Shown: positions 24,964-38,800 of the stretch, piece by piece
Layout: the number at the start of each line of letters is the position of its first letter
How positions within the stretch are numbered: position 1 is the first letter of the stretch
Source of the DNA: the human T2T-CHM13v2.0 reference genome, Homo sapiens
Assembly (NCBI RefSeq): GCF_009914755.1
Contig: NC_060928.1
DNA length: 64,000 nt
Reading direction: 5' to 3' (one strand)
The notes under the pieces: generated by a model
Database searches by the model: none
What the model was told of the DNA's origin: nothing
What the model saw: the letters and a program-made list of their open reading frames with translations, nothing else
Made by a program: the position numbers and the translations under genes

Positions 24964-27900
24964 CCGTCTCAGAAACTTGTTTGTGATGTGTGTATTCAAC
25001 TAACAGAGTTGAACATTTCTGTTACAGAGCAATTTTAAAACACTCTTTTTGTGGAATCTGAAAGTGGATAATTGGATAGCTTTGTGGATTTCGTTGGAAA
25101 CGGGATGACGTATAAAATCTAGAGAGAAGCATTCTCAGGAACTTCTTTCTGATGTTTGCATTCAAGTCACAGAATTGAACATTCCTTTTCATAGTGCAGG
25201 TTTGAAACACTCTTTCTGTAGTATCTGGAAGTGGACATTTCAAGCGCTTTCAGGCCTACGGGGAGAAAGGAAATATCTTCAAATAAAAACTAGACAGAAG
25301 GATTCTCAGAAACTTATTTGTGATGTGTGTCCTAAACGAACACAGTTGAACCTTTGTTTTGATACAGCATTTTGGAAACACTCCTTTTGTAGGATCTGCA
25401 GGTGGATATTTGGATAGATTTTAAGATTTCGTTGGAAACGGGAGTTTCTTCATAGAAACTCAAGACAGATGCATTCTCAGAAACATCTCTGTGATGTTTG
25501 CATTCCACTCATAGATTTGAAAACTTCCTTTCATAGAGCAGGTTTGAAACACTCTTTTTGTAATATTTGGAAGTGGACATTTGCAGCGCTTTGAGGCCTA
25601 TGGTGAAAAAGGAAATATCTTCTCATAAAAACCAGAAACAAGCATTCTCAGAAACTTCTTTTTGATGTGTGTACTCAAGTAACAGAGTTGAACCTTCCTT
25701 TTGACACAGCAGTTTTGAAACAATCTTTTTGTAGAATCTGCAAGTGGATATTTGGATAGCTTTGAGGATTTCGTTGGAAACGGGATATCTTCATATAAAA
25801 TCTAGACAGAAGCTTTCTCAGAAACTTCTTTGTGCTGTATGTCCTCAATTAACAGATTTGAACCATTGCTTGGATACAGCATTTTGGAAACATTCCTTGA
25901 GTAGAATCTGCAAGTTGATATTTAGATAGATTTGAAGATTTCGTTGGAAAAGGGAATATCTCCATAGAAAATCTAGAGGGAAGCATTCTCAGAAACTGCT
26001 TTGTGATGTTTCCATTCAAGTCACAGAGTTGAATATTCCCTTTTATAGAGCACGTTTGAAACACTCTTTCTGCACTATCTGGAAGTGGACATTTCGAGCG
26101 CTTTGAGGCCTATGGTGAAAAAGGAAATATCTTCCCATAAAAACTAGACAGAAGCATTCTCAGAAACTTGTTTGTGATGTGTGTATTCAACTAACAGAGT
26201 TGAACTTTTGTTTTTACAGAGCCGTTTTAAAACACTCTTTTTGTGGAATCAGAAAGTGGATATTCGGATGGCTCTGAGGATTTCGTTGGAAGCGGGATTA
26301 CATATAAAATCTAGAGAGAAGCATTCTCAGGAACTTCTTTGTGATGTTTGCATTGAAGTCACAGAATTGAACATTCACTTTGACAGAGCAGGTTTGAAAC
26401 ACTCATTCTGTAGTATCTGGAAGTGGACATTTCAAGCGCTTTCAGGCCTATGGTGAGAAAGGAAATATCTTCGAATAAAAACTAGACAGAAGCATCCTCA
26501 GAAACTTATTTGTGATGTGTGTCCTCAACTAACAGAGTTGAAACTTTGTTTTGATACAGCATTTTGGAAACACTTTTTTTGTAGAATCTGCAGGTGGATA
26601 TTTGGATAGCTTAGAGGGATTCGTTGGAAAGGGGATATCTTCATATAAAATCTAGACAGAAGCATTCTCAGAAACTTATTTGTGATGTGTGTCCTCAACT
26701 AACAGAGTTGAACCTTGGTTTTGATACAGCATTTTGGAAACGCTCCTTTTGTAGAATCTGCAGGTGGATATGTGGATAGCTCTGAAGATTTCGTTGGAAA
26801 CGGGAATTTCTTCATATAAAATCAAACAGAAGCATTCTCAGAAACTTCTCAGTGATGTTTGCATTCAGCTCATGGAGTTGAACACTTCCTTTCATAGAGC
26901 CGGTTTGAAACACTCTTTCTGCACTACCTGGAAGAGGACATTTCGAGCGCTTTGAGTCCTATGGTGAAAAAGGAAATATCTTCTCATAAAAACCAGAAAG
27001 AAGCATTCTCAGAAACTTCTTTGTGTTGTGTGTACTCATGTAACAGTGTTGAACCATCCTTTTGACAGAGCAGTTTTGAAACACTCTTTTTGTAGAATCT
27101 GCAAGTGGATATTTGGATAGCTTTGAGGATTTCGTTGGAAACGGGATGACATATAATATCTAGAGAGAAGCATTCTCAGGAACTTCTTTGTGATGTTTGC
27201 ATTCAAGTCACAGAATTGAACATTCCCTTTCATAGAGCAGGTTTGAAACACTCTTTCTCTAGTATCTGGAAGTGGGCATTTCAAGCGCTTTCAGGCCTAT
27301 GGAGAGAAAGGAAATACCTTCAAATAAAAACTAGACAGAAGCATTCTCAGAAACTTATTTGTGATGTGTGTCCTCAACTAACAGAGTTGAACCTTTGTTT
27401 TGATACAGCATTTTGGAAACACTCCTTTTGTAGAATCTGCAGGTGGATATTTGGATAACTTTGAAGATTTCGTTGGAAACCGGAATATCTTCATATAAAA
27501 TCAAGACAGAAGCATTCTCGGAAACATCTCTGTGATGTTTGCATTCAACTCAGTAGAGTTGAACACTTCCTTTCATAGAGCCGGTTTGAAACACTCTTTC
27601 TGCACTACCTGGAAGCGGACATTTCGAGCGCTTTGAGGCCTATGGTGAAAAAGGAAATATCTTCTCATAAAAACCAGAAAGAAGCATTCTCAGAAACTTC
27701 TTTGTGTTGTGTGTACTCAAGTAACAGTGTTGAACCTTCCTTTTGACACAGCAGTTTTGAAACACTCTTTTGGTAGAATCTGCAAGTGGATATTTGGATA
27801 GCTTTGAGGATTTCGTTGGAAACGGGTTATCTTCATATAAAATCCAGACAGGAGCATTCTCAGAAACTTCTTTGTGCTGCATGTCCTCAATTCACAGAGC

Positions 27901-28195
27901 TGAACCTTTGTTTGGATACAGCATTTTGGAAACATTCCTTTAGTAGAATCTGCAAGTTGATATTTAGATAGCTTTGAAGATTTCGTTGGAAACGGGAATA
28001 TCTTCATAGAAAATCTAGACGGAAGCATTCTCAGAAACTGCTTTGTGATGTTTGCATTCAAGTCACAGAGTTGAATATTCCCTTTTATAGAGTAGGTTTG
28101 AAACACTCTTTCGGCACTACCTGGAAGTGGATATTTCGAGCTCTTTGAGGCCTATGGTTAAAAGGAAATATCTTCCCATAAAAACTAGACAGAAG
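24964..28195 (+). repeat. HOR unit 8, canonical 19-mer
   Basis: 3232-bp spacing. Confidence 0.95.
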
Positions 28196-31100
28196 CCGTC
28201 TCAGAAACTTGTTTGTGATGTGTGTATTCAACTAACAGAGTTGAACATTTCTGTTACAGAGCAATTTTAAAACACTCTTTTTGTGGAATCTGAAAGTGGA
28301 TAATTGGATAGCTTTGTGGATTTCGTTGGAAACGGGATGACGTATAAAATCTAGAGAGAAGCATTCTCAGGAACTTCTTTGTGATGTTTGCATTCAAGTC
28401 ACAGAATTGAACATTCCTTTTCATAGTGCAGGTTTGAAACACTCTTTCTGTAGTATCTGGAAGTGGACATTTCAAGCGCTTTCAGGCCTACGGGGAGAAA
28501 GGAAATATCTTCAAATAAAAACTAGACAGAAGGATTCTCAGAAACTTATTTGTGATGTGTGTCCTAAACGAACACAGTTGAACCTTTGTTTAGATACAGC
28601 ATTTTGGAAACACTCCTTTTGTAGGATCTGCAGGTGGATATTTGGATAGATTTTAAGATTTCGTTGGAAACGGGAGTTTCTTCATAGAAACTCAAGACAG
28701 ATGCATTCTCAGAAACATCTCTGTGATGTTTGCATTCCACTCATAGATTTGAAAACTTCCTTTCATAGAGCAGGTTTGAAACACTCTTTTTGTAATATTT
28801 GGAAGTGGACATTTGCAGCGCTTTGAGGCCTATGGTGAAAAAGGAAATATCTTCTCATAAAAACCAGAAACAAGCATTCTCAGAAACTTCTTTTTGATGT
28901 GTGTACTCAAGTAACAGAGTTGAACCTTCCTTTTGACACAGCAGTTTTGAAACAATCTTTTTGTAGAATCTGCAAGTGGATATTTGGATAGCTTTGAGGA
29001 TTTCGTTGGAAACGGGATATCTTCATATAAAATCTAGACAGAAGCTTTCTCAGAAACTTCTTTGTGCTGTATGTCCTCAATTAACAGATTTGAACCATTG
29101 CTTGGATACAGCATTTTGGAAACATTCCTTGAGTAGAATCTGCAAGTTGATATTTAGATAGATTTGAAGATTTCGTTGGAAAAGGGAATATCTCCATATA
29201 AAATCTAGAGGGAAGCATTCTCAGAAACTGCTTTGTGATGTTTCCATTCAAGTCACAGAGTTGAATATTCCCTTTTATAGAGCACGTTTGAAACACTCTT
29301 TCTGCACTATCTGGAAGTGGACATTTCGAGCGCTTTGAGGCCTATGTTGAAAAAGGAAATATCTTCCCATAAAAACTAGACAGAAGCATTCTCAGAAACT
29401 TGTTTGTGATGTGTGTATTCAACTAACAGAGTTGAACTTTTGTTTTTACAGAGCCGTTTTAAAACACTCTTTTTGTGGAATCAGAAAGTGGATATTCGGA
29501 TGGCTCTGAGGATTTCGTTGGAAGCGGGATTACATATAAAATCTAGAGAGAAGCATTCTCAGGAACTTCTTTGTGATGTTTGCATTGAAGTCACAGAATT
29601 GAACATTCACTTTGACAGAGCAGGTTTGAAACACTCATTCTGTAGTATCGGGAAGTGGACATTTCAAGCGCTTTCAGGCCTATGGTGAGAAAGGAAATAT
29701 CTTCGAATAAAAACTAGACAGAAGCATCCTCAGAAACTTATTTGTGATGTGTGTCCTCAACTAACAGAGTTGAAACTTTGTTTTGATACAGCATTTTGGA
29801 AACACTTTTTTTGTAGAATCTGCAGGTGGATATTTGGATAGCTTAGAGGGATTCGTTGGAAAGGGGATATCTTCATATAAAATCTAGACAGAAGCATTCT
29901 CAGAAACTTATTTGTGATGTGTGTCCTCAACTAACAGAGTTGAACCTTGGTTTTGATACAGCATTTTGGAAACGCTCCTTTTGTAGAATCTGCAGGTGGA
30001 TATGTGGATAGCTCTGAAGATTTCGTTGGAAACGGGAATTTCTTCATATAAAATCAAACAGAAGCATTCTCAGAAACTTCTCAGTGATGTTTGCATTCAG
30101 CTCATGGAGTTGAACACTTCCTTTCATAGAGCCGGTTTGAAACACTCTTTCTGCACTACCTGGAAGAGGACATTTCGAGCGCTTTGAGTCCTATGGTGAA
30201 AAAGGAAATATCTTCTCATAAAAACCAGAAAGAAGCATTCTCAGAAACTTCTTTGTGTTGTGTGTACTCATGTAACAGTGTTGAACCATCCTTTTGACAG
30301 AGCAGTTTTGAAACACTCTTTTTGTAGAATCTGCAAGTGGATATTTGGATAGCTTTGAGGATTTCGTTGGAAACGGGATGACATATAATATCTAGAGAGA
30401 AGCATTCTCAGGAACTTCTTTGTGCTGTTTGCATTCAAGTCACAGAATTGAACATTCCCTTTCATAGAGCAGATTTGAAACACTCTTTCTCTAGTATCTG
30501 GAAGTGGGCATTTCAAGCGCTTTCAGGCCTATTGAGAGAAAGGAAATACCTTCAAATAAAAACTAGACAGAAGCATTCTCAGAAACTTGTTTGTGATGTG
30601 TGTATTCAACTAACAGAGTTGAACTTTTGTTTTTACAGAGCCGTTTTAAAACACTCTTTTTGTGGAATCAGAAAGTGGATATTCGGATGGCTCTGAGGAT
30701 TTCGTTGGAAGCGGGATTACATATAAAATCTAGAGAGAAGCATTCTCAGGAACTTCTTTGTGATGTTTGCATTGAAGTCACAGAATTGAACATTCACTTT
30801 GATAGAGCAGGTTTGAAACACTCATTCTGTAGTATCTGGAAGTGGACATTTCAAGCGCTTTCAGGCCTATGGTGAGAAAGGAAATATCTTCGAATAAAAA
30901 CTAGACAGAAGCATCCTCAGAAACTTATTTGTGATGTGTGTCCTCAACTAACAGAGTTGAAACTTTGTTTTGATACAGCATTTTGGAAACACTCTTTTTG
31001 TAGAATCTGCAGGTGGATATTTGGATAGCTTAGAGGGATTCGTTGGAAAGGGGATATCTTCATATAAAATCTAGACAGAAGCATTCTCAGAAACTTATTT

Positions 31101-32614
31101 GTGATGTGTGTCCTCAACTAACAGAGTTGAACCTTGGTTTTGATACAGCATTTTGGAAACACTCCTTTTGTAGAATCTGCAGGTGGATATGTGGATAGCT
31201 CTGAAGATTTCGTTGGAAACGGGAATTTCTTCATATAAAATCAAACAGAAGCATTCTCAGAAACTTCTCAGTGATGTTTGCATTCAGCTCATGGAGTTGA
31301 ACACTTCCTTTCATAGAGCCGGTTTGAAACACTCTTTCTGCACTACCTGGAAGAGGACATTTCGAGCGCTTTGAGTCCTATGGTGAAAAAGGAAATATCT
31401 TCTCATAAAAACCAGAAAGAAGCATTCTCAGAAACTTCTTTGTGTTGTGTGTACTCATGTAACAGTGTTGAACCATCCTTTTGACAGAGCAGTTTTGAAA
31501 CACTCTTTTTGTAGAATCTGCAAGTGGATATTTGGATAGCTTTGAGGATTTCGTTGGAAACGGGATGACATATAATATCTAGAGAGAAGCATACTCAGGA
31601 ACTTCTTTGTGATGTTTGCATTCAAGTCACAGAATTGAACATTCCCTTTCATAGAGCAGGTTTGAAACACTCTTTCTCTAGTATCTGGAAGTGGGCATTT
31701 CAAGCGCTTTCAGGCCTATGGAGAGAAAGGAAATACCTTCAAATAAAAACTAGACAGAAGCATTCTCAGAAACTTATTTGTGATGTGTGTCCTCAACTAA
31801 CAGAGTTGAACCTTTGTTTTGATACAGCATTTTGGAAACACTCCTTTTGTAGAATCTGCAGGTGGATATTTGGATAACTTTGAAGATTTCGTTGGAAACC
31901 GGAATATCTTCATATAAAATCAAGACAGAAGCATTCTCGGAAACATCTCTGTGATGTTTGCATTCAACTCAGTAGAGTTGAACACTTCCTTTCATAGAGC
32001 AGGTTTGAAACACTCTTTCTGCACTACCTGGAAGCGGACATTTCGAGCGCTTTGAGGCCTATGGTGAAAAAGGAAATATCTTCTCATAAAAACCAGAAAG
32101 AAGCATTCTCAGAAACTTCTTTGTGTTGTGTGTACTCAAGTAACAGTGTTGAACCTTCCTTTTGACACAGCAGTTTTGAAACACTCTTTTGGTAGAATCT
32201 GCAAGTGGATATTTGGATAGCTTTGAGGATTTCGTTGGAAACGGGTTATCTTCATATAAAATCCAGACAGGAGCATTCTCAGAAACTTCTTTGTGCTGCA
32301 TGTCCTCAATTCACAGAGCTGAACCTTTGTTTGGATACAGCATTTTGGAAACATTCCTTTAGTAGAATCTGCAAGTTGATATTTAGATAGCTTTGAAGAT
32401 TTCGTTGGAAACGGGAATATCTTCATAGAAAATCTAGACGGAAGCATTCTCAGAAACTGCTTTGTGATGTTTGCATTCAAGTCACAGAGTTGAATATTCC
32501 CTTTTATAGAGTAGGTTTGAAACACTCTTTTGGCACTACCTGGAAGTGGATATTTCGAGCTCTTTGAGGCCTATGGTTAAAAGGAAATATCTTCCCATAA
32601 AAACTAGACAGAAG
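28196..32614 (+). repeat. HOR unit 9, 26-mer variant (4419 bp): M1-14, M8-19
   Basis: M8 at 29387 and 30574 (1187-bp tandem duplication of M8-M14). Confidence 0.93.
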
Positions 32615-35600
32615 CCGTCTCAGAAACTTGTTTGTGATGTGTGTTTTCAACTAACAGAGTTGAACATTTCTGTTACAGAGCAATTTTAAAACACTCTTTT
32701 TGTGGAATCTGAAAGTGGATAATTGGATAGCTTTGTGGATTTCGTTGGAAACGGGATGACGTATAAAATCTAGAGAGAAGCATTCTCAGGAACTTCTTTG
32801 TGATGTTTGCATTCAAGTCACAGAATTGAACATTCCCTTTCATAGAGCAGGTTTGAAACACTCTTTCTCTAGTATCTGGAAGTGGGCATTTCAAGCGCTT
32901 TCAGGCCTATGGAGAGAAAGGAAATACCTTCAAATAAAAACTAGACAGAAGCATTCTCAGAAACTTATTTGTGATGTGTGTCCTCAACTAACAGAGTTGA
33001 ACCTTTGTTTTGATACAGCATTTTGGAAACACTCCTTTTGTAGGATCTGCAGGTGGATATTTGGATAGATTTTAAGATTTCGTTGGAAACGGGAGTTTCT
33101 TCATAGAAACTCAAGACAGATGCATTCTCAGAAACATCTCTGTGATGTTTGCATTCCACTCATAGATTTGAAAACTTCCTTTCATAGAGCAGGTTTGAAA
33201 CACTCTTTTTGTAATATTTGGAAGTGGACATTTGCAGCGCTTTGAGGCCTATGGTGAAAAAGGAAATATCTTCTCATAAAAACCAGAAACAAGCATTCTC
33301 AGAAACTTCTTTTTGATGTGTGTACTCAAGTAACAGAGTTGAACCTTCCTTTTGACACAGCAGTTTTGAAACAATCTTTTTGTAGAATCTGCAAGTGGAT
33401 ATTTGGATAGCTTTGAGGATTTCGTTGGAAAGGGGATATCTTCATATAAAATCTAGACAGAAGCATTCTCAGAAACTTCTTTGTGCTGTATGTCCTCAAT
33501 TAACAGAGTTGAACCATTGCTTGGATACAGCATTTTGGAAACATTCCTTGAGTAGAATCTGCAAGTTGATATTTAGATAGATTTGAAGATTTCGTTGGAA
33601 AAGGGAATATCTCCATATAAAATCTAGAGGGCAGCATTCTCAGAAACTGCTTTGTGATGTTTCCATTCAAGTCACAGAGTTGAATATTCCCTTTTATAGA
33701 GCACGTTTGAAACACTCTTTCTGCACTATCTGGAAGTGGACATTTCGAGCGCTTTGAGGCCTATGGTGAAAAAGGAAATATCTTCCCATAAAAACTAGAC
33801 AGAAGCATTCTCAGAAACTTGTTTGTGATGTGTGTATTCAACTAACAGAGTTGAACTTTTGTTTTTACAGAGCCGTTTTAAAACACTCTTTTTGTGGAAT
33901 CAGAAAGTGGATATTCGGATGGCTCTGAGGATTTCGTTGGAAGCGGGATTACATATAAAATCTAGAGAGAAGCATTCTCAGGAACTTCTTTGTGATGTTT
34001 GCATTGAAGTCACAGAATTGAACATTCACTTTGATAGAGCACGTATGAAACACTCATTCTGTAGTATCTGGAAGTGGACATTTCAAGCGCTTTCAGGCCT
34101 ATGGTGAGAAAGGAAATATCTTCGAATAAAAACTAGACAGAAGCATCCTCAGAAACTTATTTGTGATGTGTGTCCTCAACTAACAGAGTTGAAACTTTGT
34201 TTTGATACAGCATTTTGGAAACTCTTTTTGTAGAATCTGCAGGTGGATATTTGGATAGCTTAGAGGGATTAGTTGGAAAGGGGATATCTTCATATAAAAT
34301 CTAGACAGAAGCATTCTCAGAAACTTATTTGTGATGTGTGTCCTCAACTAACAGAGTTGAACCTTGGTTTTGATACAGCATTTTGGAAACACTCCTTTTG
34401 TAGAATCTGCAGGTGGATATGTGGATAGCTCTGAAGATTTCGTTGGAAACGGGAATTTCTTCATATAAAATCAAACAGAAGCATTCTCAGAAACTTCTCA
34501 GTGATGTTTGCATTCAGCTCATGGAGTTGAACACTTCCTTTCATAGAGCCGGTTTGAAACACTCTTTCTGCACTACCTGGAAGAGGACATTTCGAGCGCT
34601 TTGAGTCCTATGGTGAAAAAGGAAATATCTTCTCATAAAAACCAGAAAGAAGCATTCTCAGAAACTACTTTGTGTTGTGTGTACTCATGTAACAGTGTTG
34701 AACCATCCTTTTGACAGAGCAGTTTTGAAATACTCTTTTTGTAGAATCTGCAAGTGGATATTTGGATAGCTTTGAGGATTTCGTTGGAAACGGGATGACA
34801 TATAATCTCTAGAGAGAAGCATACTCAGGAACTTCTTTGTGATGTTTGCATTCAAGTCACAGAATTGAACATTCCCTTTCATAGAGCAGGTTTGAAACTC
34901 TCTTTCTCTAGTATCTGGAAGTGGGCATTTCAAGCGCTTTCAGGCCTATGGAGAGAAAGGAAATACCTTCAAATAAAAACTAGACAGAAGCATTCTCAGA
35001 AACTTATTTGTGATGTGTGTCCTCAACTAACAGAGTTGAACCTTTGTTTTGATACAGCATTTTGGAAACACTCCTTTTGTAGAATCTGCAGGTGGATATT
35101 TGGATAACTTTGAAGATTTCGTTGGAAACCGGAATATCTTCATATAAAATCAAGACAGAAGCATTCTCGGAAACATCTCTGTGATGTTTGCATTCAACTC
35201 AGTAGAGTTGAACACTTCCTTTCATAGAGCAGGTTTGAAACACTCTTTCTGCACTACCTGGAAGCGGACATTTCGAGCGCTTTGAGGCCTATGGTGAAAA
35301 AGGAAATATCTTCTCATAAAAACCAGAAAGAAGCATTCTCAGAAACTTCTTTGTGTTGTGTGTACTCAAGTAACAGTGTTGAACCTTCCTGTTGACACAG
35401 CAGTTTTGAAACACTCTTTTGGTAGAATCTGCAAGTGGATATTTGGATAGCTTTGAGGATTTCGTTGGAAACGGGTTATCTTCATATAAAATCCAGACAG
35501 GAGCATTCTCAGAAACTTCTTTGTGCTGCATGTCCTCAATTCACAGAGCTGAACCTTTGTTTGGATACAGCATTTTGGAAACATTCCTTTAGTAGAATCT

Positions 35601-35844
35601 GCAAGTTGATATTTAGATAGCTTTGAAGATTTCGTTGGAAACGGGAATATCTTCATAGAAAATCTAGACGGAAGCATTCTCAGAAACTGCTTTGTGATGT
35701 TTGCATTCAAGTCACAGAGTTGAATATTCCCTTTTATAGAGTAGGTTTGAAACACTCTTTCGGCACTACCTGGAAGTGGATATTTCGAGCTCTTTGAGGC
35801 CTATGGTTAAAAGGAAATATCTTCCCATAAAAACTAGACAGAAG
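32615..35844 (+). repeat. HOR unit 10, 19-mer of 3230 bp (2-bp deletion; M2 and the front of M3 replaced by M14/M15 sequence)
   Basis: ggaaactctttttg instead of ggaaacactctttttg at ~34221; M14-type alleles at 32837-32994. Confidence 0.92.
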
Positions 35845-38800
35845 CCGTCTCAGAAACTTGTTTGTGATGTGTGTATTCAACTAACAGAGTTGAACATTTC
35901 TGTTACAGAGCAATTTTAAAACACTCTTTTTGTGGAATCTGAAAGTGGATAATTGGATAGCTTTGTGGATTTCGTTGGAAACGGGATGACGTATAAAATC
36001 TAGAGAGAAGCATTCTCAGGAACTTCTTTCTGATGTTTGCATTCAAGTCACAGAATTGAACATTCCTTTTCATAGTGCAGGTTTGAAACACTCTTTCTGT
36101 AGTATCTGGAAGTGGACATTTCAAGCGCTTTCAGGCCTACAGGGAGAAAGGAAATATCTTCAAATAAAAACTAGACAGAAGGATTCTCAGAAACTTATTT
36201 GTGATGTGTGTCCTAAACGAACACAGTTGAACCTTTGTTTTGATACAGCATTTTGGAAACACTCCTTTTGTAGGATCTGCAGGTGGATATTTGGATAGAT
36301 TTTAAGATTTCTTTGGAAACGGGAGTTTCTTCATAGAAACTCAAGACAGATGCATTCTCAGAAACATCTCTGTGATGTTTGCATTCCACTCATAGAGTTG
36401 AAAACTTCCTTTCATAGAGCAGGTTTGAAACACTCTTTTTGTAATATTTGGAAGTGGACATTTGCAGCGCTTTGAGGCCTATGGTGAAAAAGGAAATATC
36501 TTCTCATAAAAACCAGAAACAAGCATTCTCAGAAACTTCTTTTTGATGTGTGTACTCAAGTAACAGAGTTGAACCTTCCTTTTGACACAGCAGTTTTGAA
36601 ACAATCTTTTTGTAGAATCTGCAAGTGGATATTTGGATAGCTTTGAGGATTTCGTTGGAAACGGGATATCTTCATATAAAATCTAGACAGAAGCATTCTC
36701 AGAAACTTCTTTGTGCTGTATGCCCTCAATTAACAGAGTTGAACCATTGCTTGGATACAGCATTTTGGAAACATTCCTTGAGTAGAATCTGCAAGTTGAT
36801 ATTTAGATAGATTTGAAGATTTCATTGGAAAAGGGAATATCTCCATATAAAATCTAGAGGGAAGCATTCTCAGAAACTGCTTTGTGATGTTTCCATTCAA
36901 GTCACAGAGTTGAATATTCCCTTTTATAGAGCACGTTTGAAACACTCTTTCTGCACTATCTGGAAGTGGACATTTCGAGCGCTTTGAGGCCTATGATGAA
37001 AAAGGAAATATCTTCCCATAAAAACTAGACAGAAGCATTCTCAGAAACTTGTTTGTGATGTGTGTATTCAACTAACAGAGTTGAACTTTTGTTTTTACAG
37101 AGCCGTTTTAAAACACTCTTTTTGTGGAATCAGAAAGTGGATATTCGGATGGCTCTGAGGATTTCGTTGGAAGCGGGATTACATATAAAATCTAGAGAGA
37201 AGCATTCTCAGGAACTTCTTTGTGATGTTTGCATTGAAGTCACAGAATTGAACATTCACTTTGATAGAGCAGGTTTGAAACACTCATTCTGTAGTATCTG
37301 GAAGTGGACATTTCAAGCGCTTTCAGGCCTATGGTGAGAAAGGAAATATCTTCGAATAAAAACTAGACAGAAGCATCCTCAGAAACTTATTTGTGATGTG
37401 TGTCCTCAACTAACAGAGTTGAAACTTTGTTTTGATACAGCATTTTGGAAACACTCTTTTTGTAGAATCTGCAGGTGGATATTTGGATAGCTTAGAGGGA
37501 TTCGTTGGAAAGGGGATATCTTCATATAAAATCTAGACAGAAGCATTCTCAGAAACTTATTTGTGATGTGTGTCCTCAACTAACAGAGTTGAACCTTGGT
37601 TTTGATACAGCATTTTGGAAACGCTCCTTTTGTAGAATCTACAGGTGGATATGTGGATAGCTCTGAAGATTTCATTGGAAACGGGAATTTCTTCATATAA
37701 AATCAAACAGAAGCATTCTCAGAAACTTCTCAGTGATGTTTGCATTCAGCTCATGGAGTTGAACACTTCCTTTCATAGAACCGGTTTGAAACACTCTTTC
37801 TGCACTACCTGGAAGAGGACATTTCGAGCGCTTTGAGTCCTATGGTGAAAAAGGAAATATCTTCTCATAAAAACCAGAAAGAAGCATTCTCAGAAACTTC
37901 TTTGTGTTGTGTGTACTCATGTAACAGTGTTGAACCATCCTTTTGACAGAGCAGTTTTGAAACACTCTTTTTGTAGAATCTGCAAGTGGATATTTGGATA
38001 GCTTTGAGGATTTCGTTGGAAACGGGATGACATATAATATCTAGAGAGAAGCATTCTCAGGAACTTCTTTGTGATGTTTGCATTCAAGTCACAGAATTGA
38101 ACATTCCCTTTCATAGAGCAGGTTTGAAACACTCTTTCTCTAGTATCTGGAAGTGGGCATTTCAAGCGCTTTCAGGCCTATGGAGAGAAAGGAAATACCT
38201 TCAAATAAAAACTAGACAGAAGCATTCTCAGAAACTTATTTGTGATGTGTGTCCTCAACTAACAGAGTTGAACCTTTGTTTTGATACAGCATTTTGGAAA
38301 CACTCCTTTTGTAGAATCTGCAGGTGGATATTTTGATAACTTTGAAGATTTCGTTGGAAACCGGAATATCTTCATATAAAATCAAGACAGAAGCATTCTC
38401 GGAAACATCTCTGTGATGTTTGCATTCAACTCAGTAGAGTTGAACACTTCCTTTCATAGAGCCGGTTTGAAACACTCTTTCTGCACTACCTGGAAGCGGA
38501 CATTTCGAGCGCTTTGAGGCCTATGGTGAAAAAGGAAATATCTTCTCATAAAAACCAGAAAGAAGCATTCTCAGAAACTTCTTTGTGTTGTGTGTACTCA
38601 AGTAACAGTGTTGAACCTTCCTTTTGACACAGCAGTTTTGAAACACTCTTTTGGTAGAATCTGCAAGTGGATATTTGGATAGCTTTGAGGATTTCGTTGG
38701 AAACGGGTTATCTTCATATAAAATCCAGACAGGAGCATTCTCAGAAACTTCTTTGTGCTGCATGTCCTCAATTCACAGAGCTGAACCTTTGTTTGGATAC

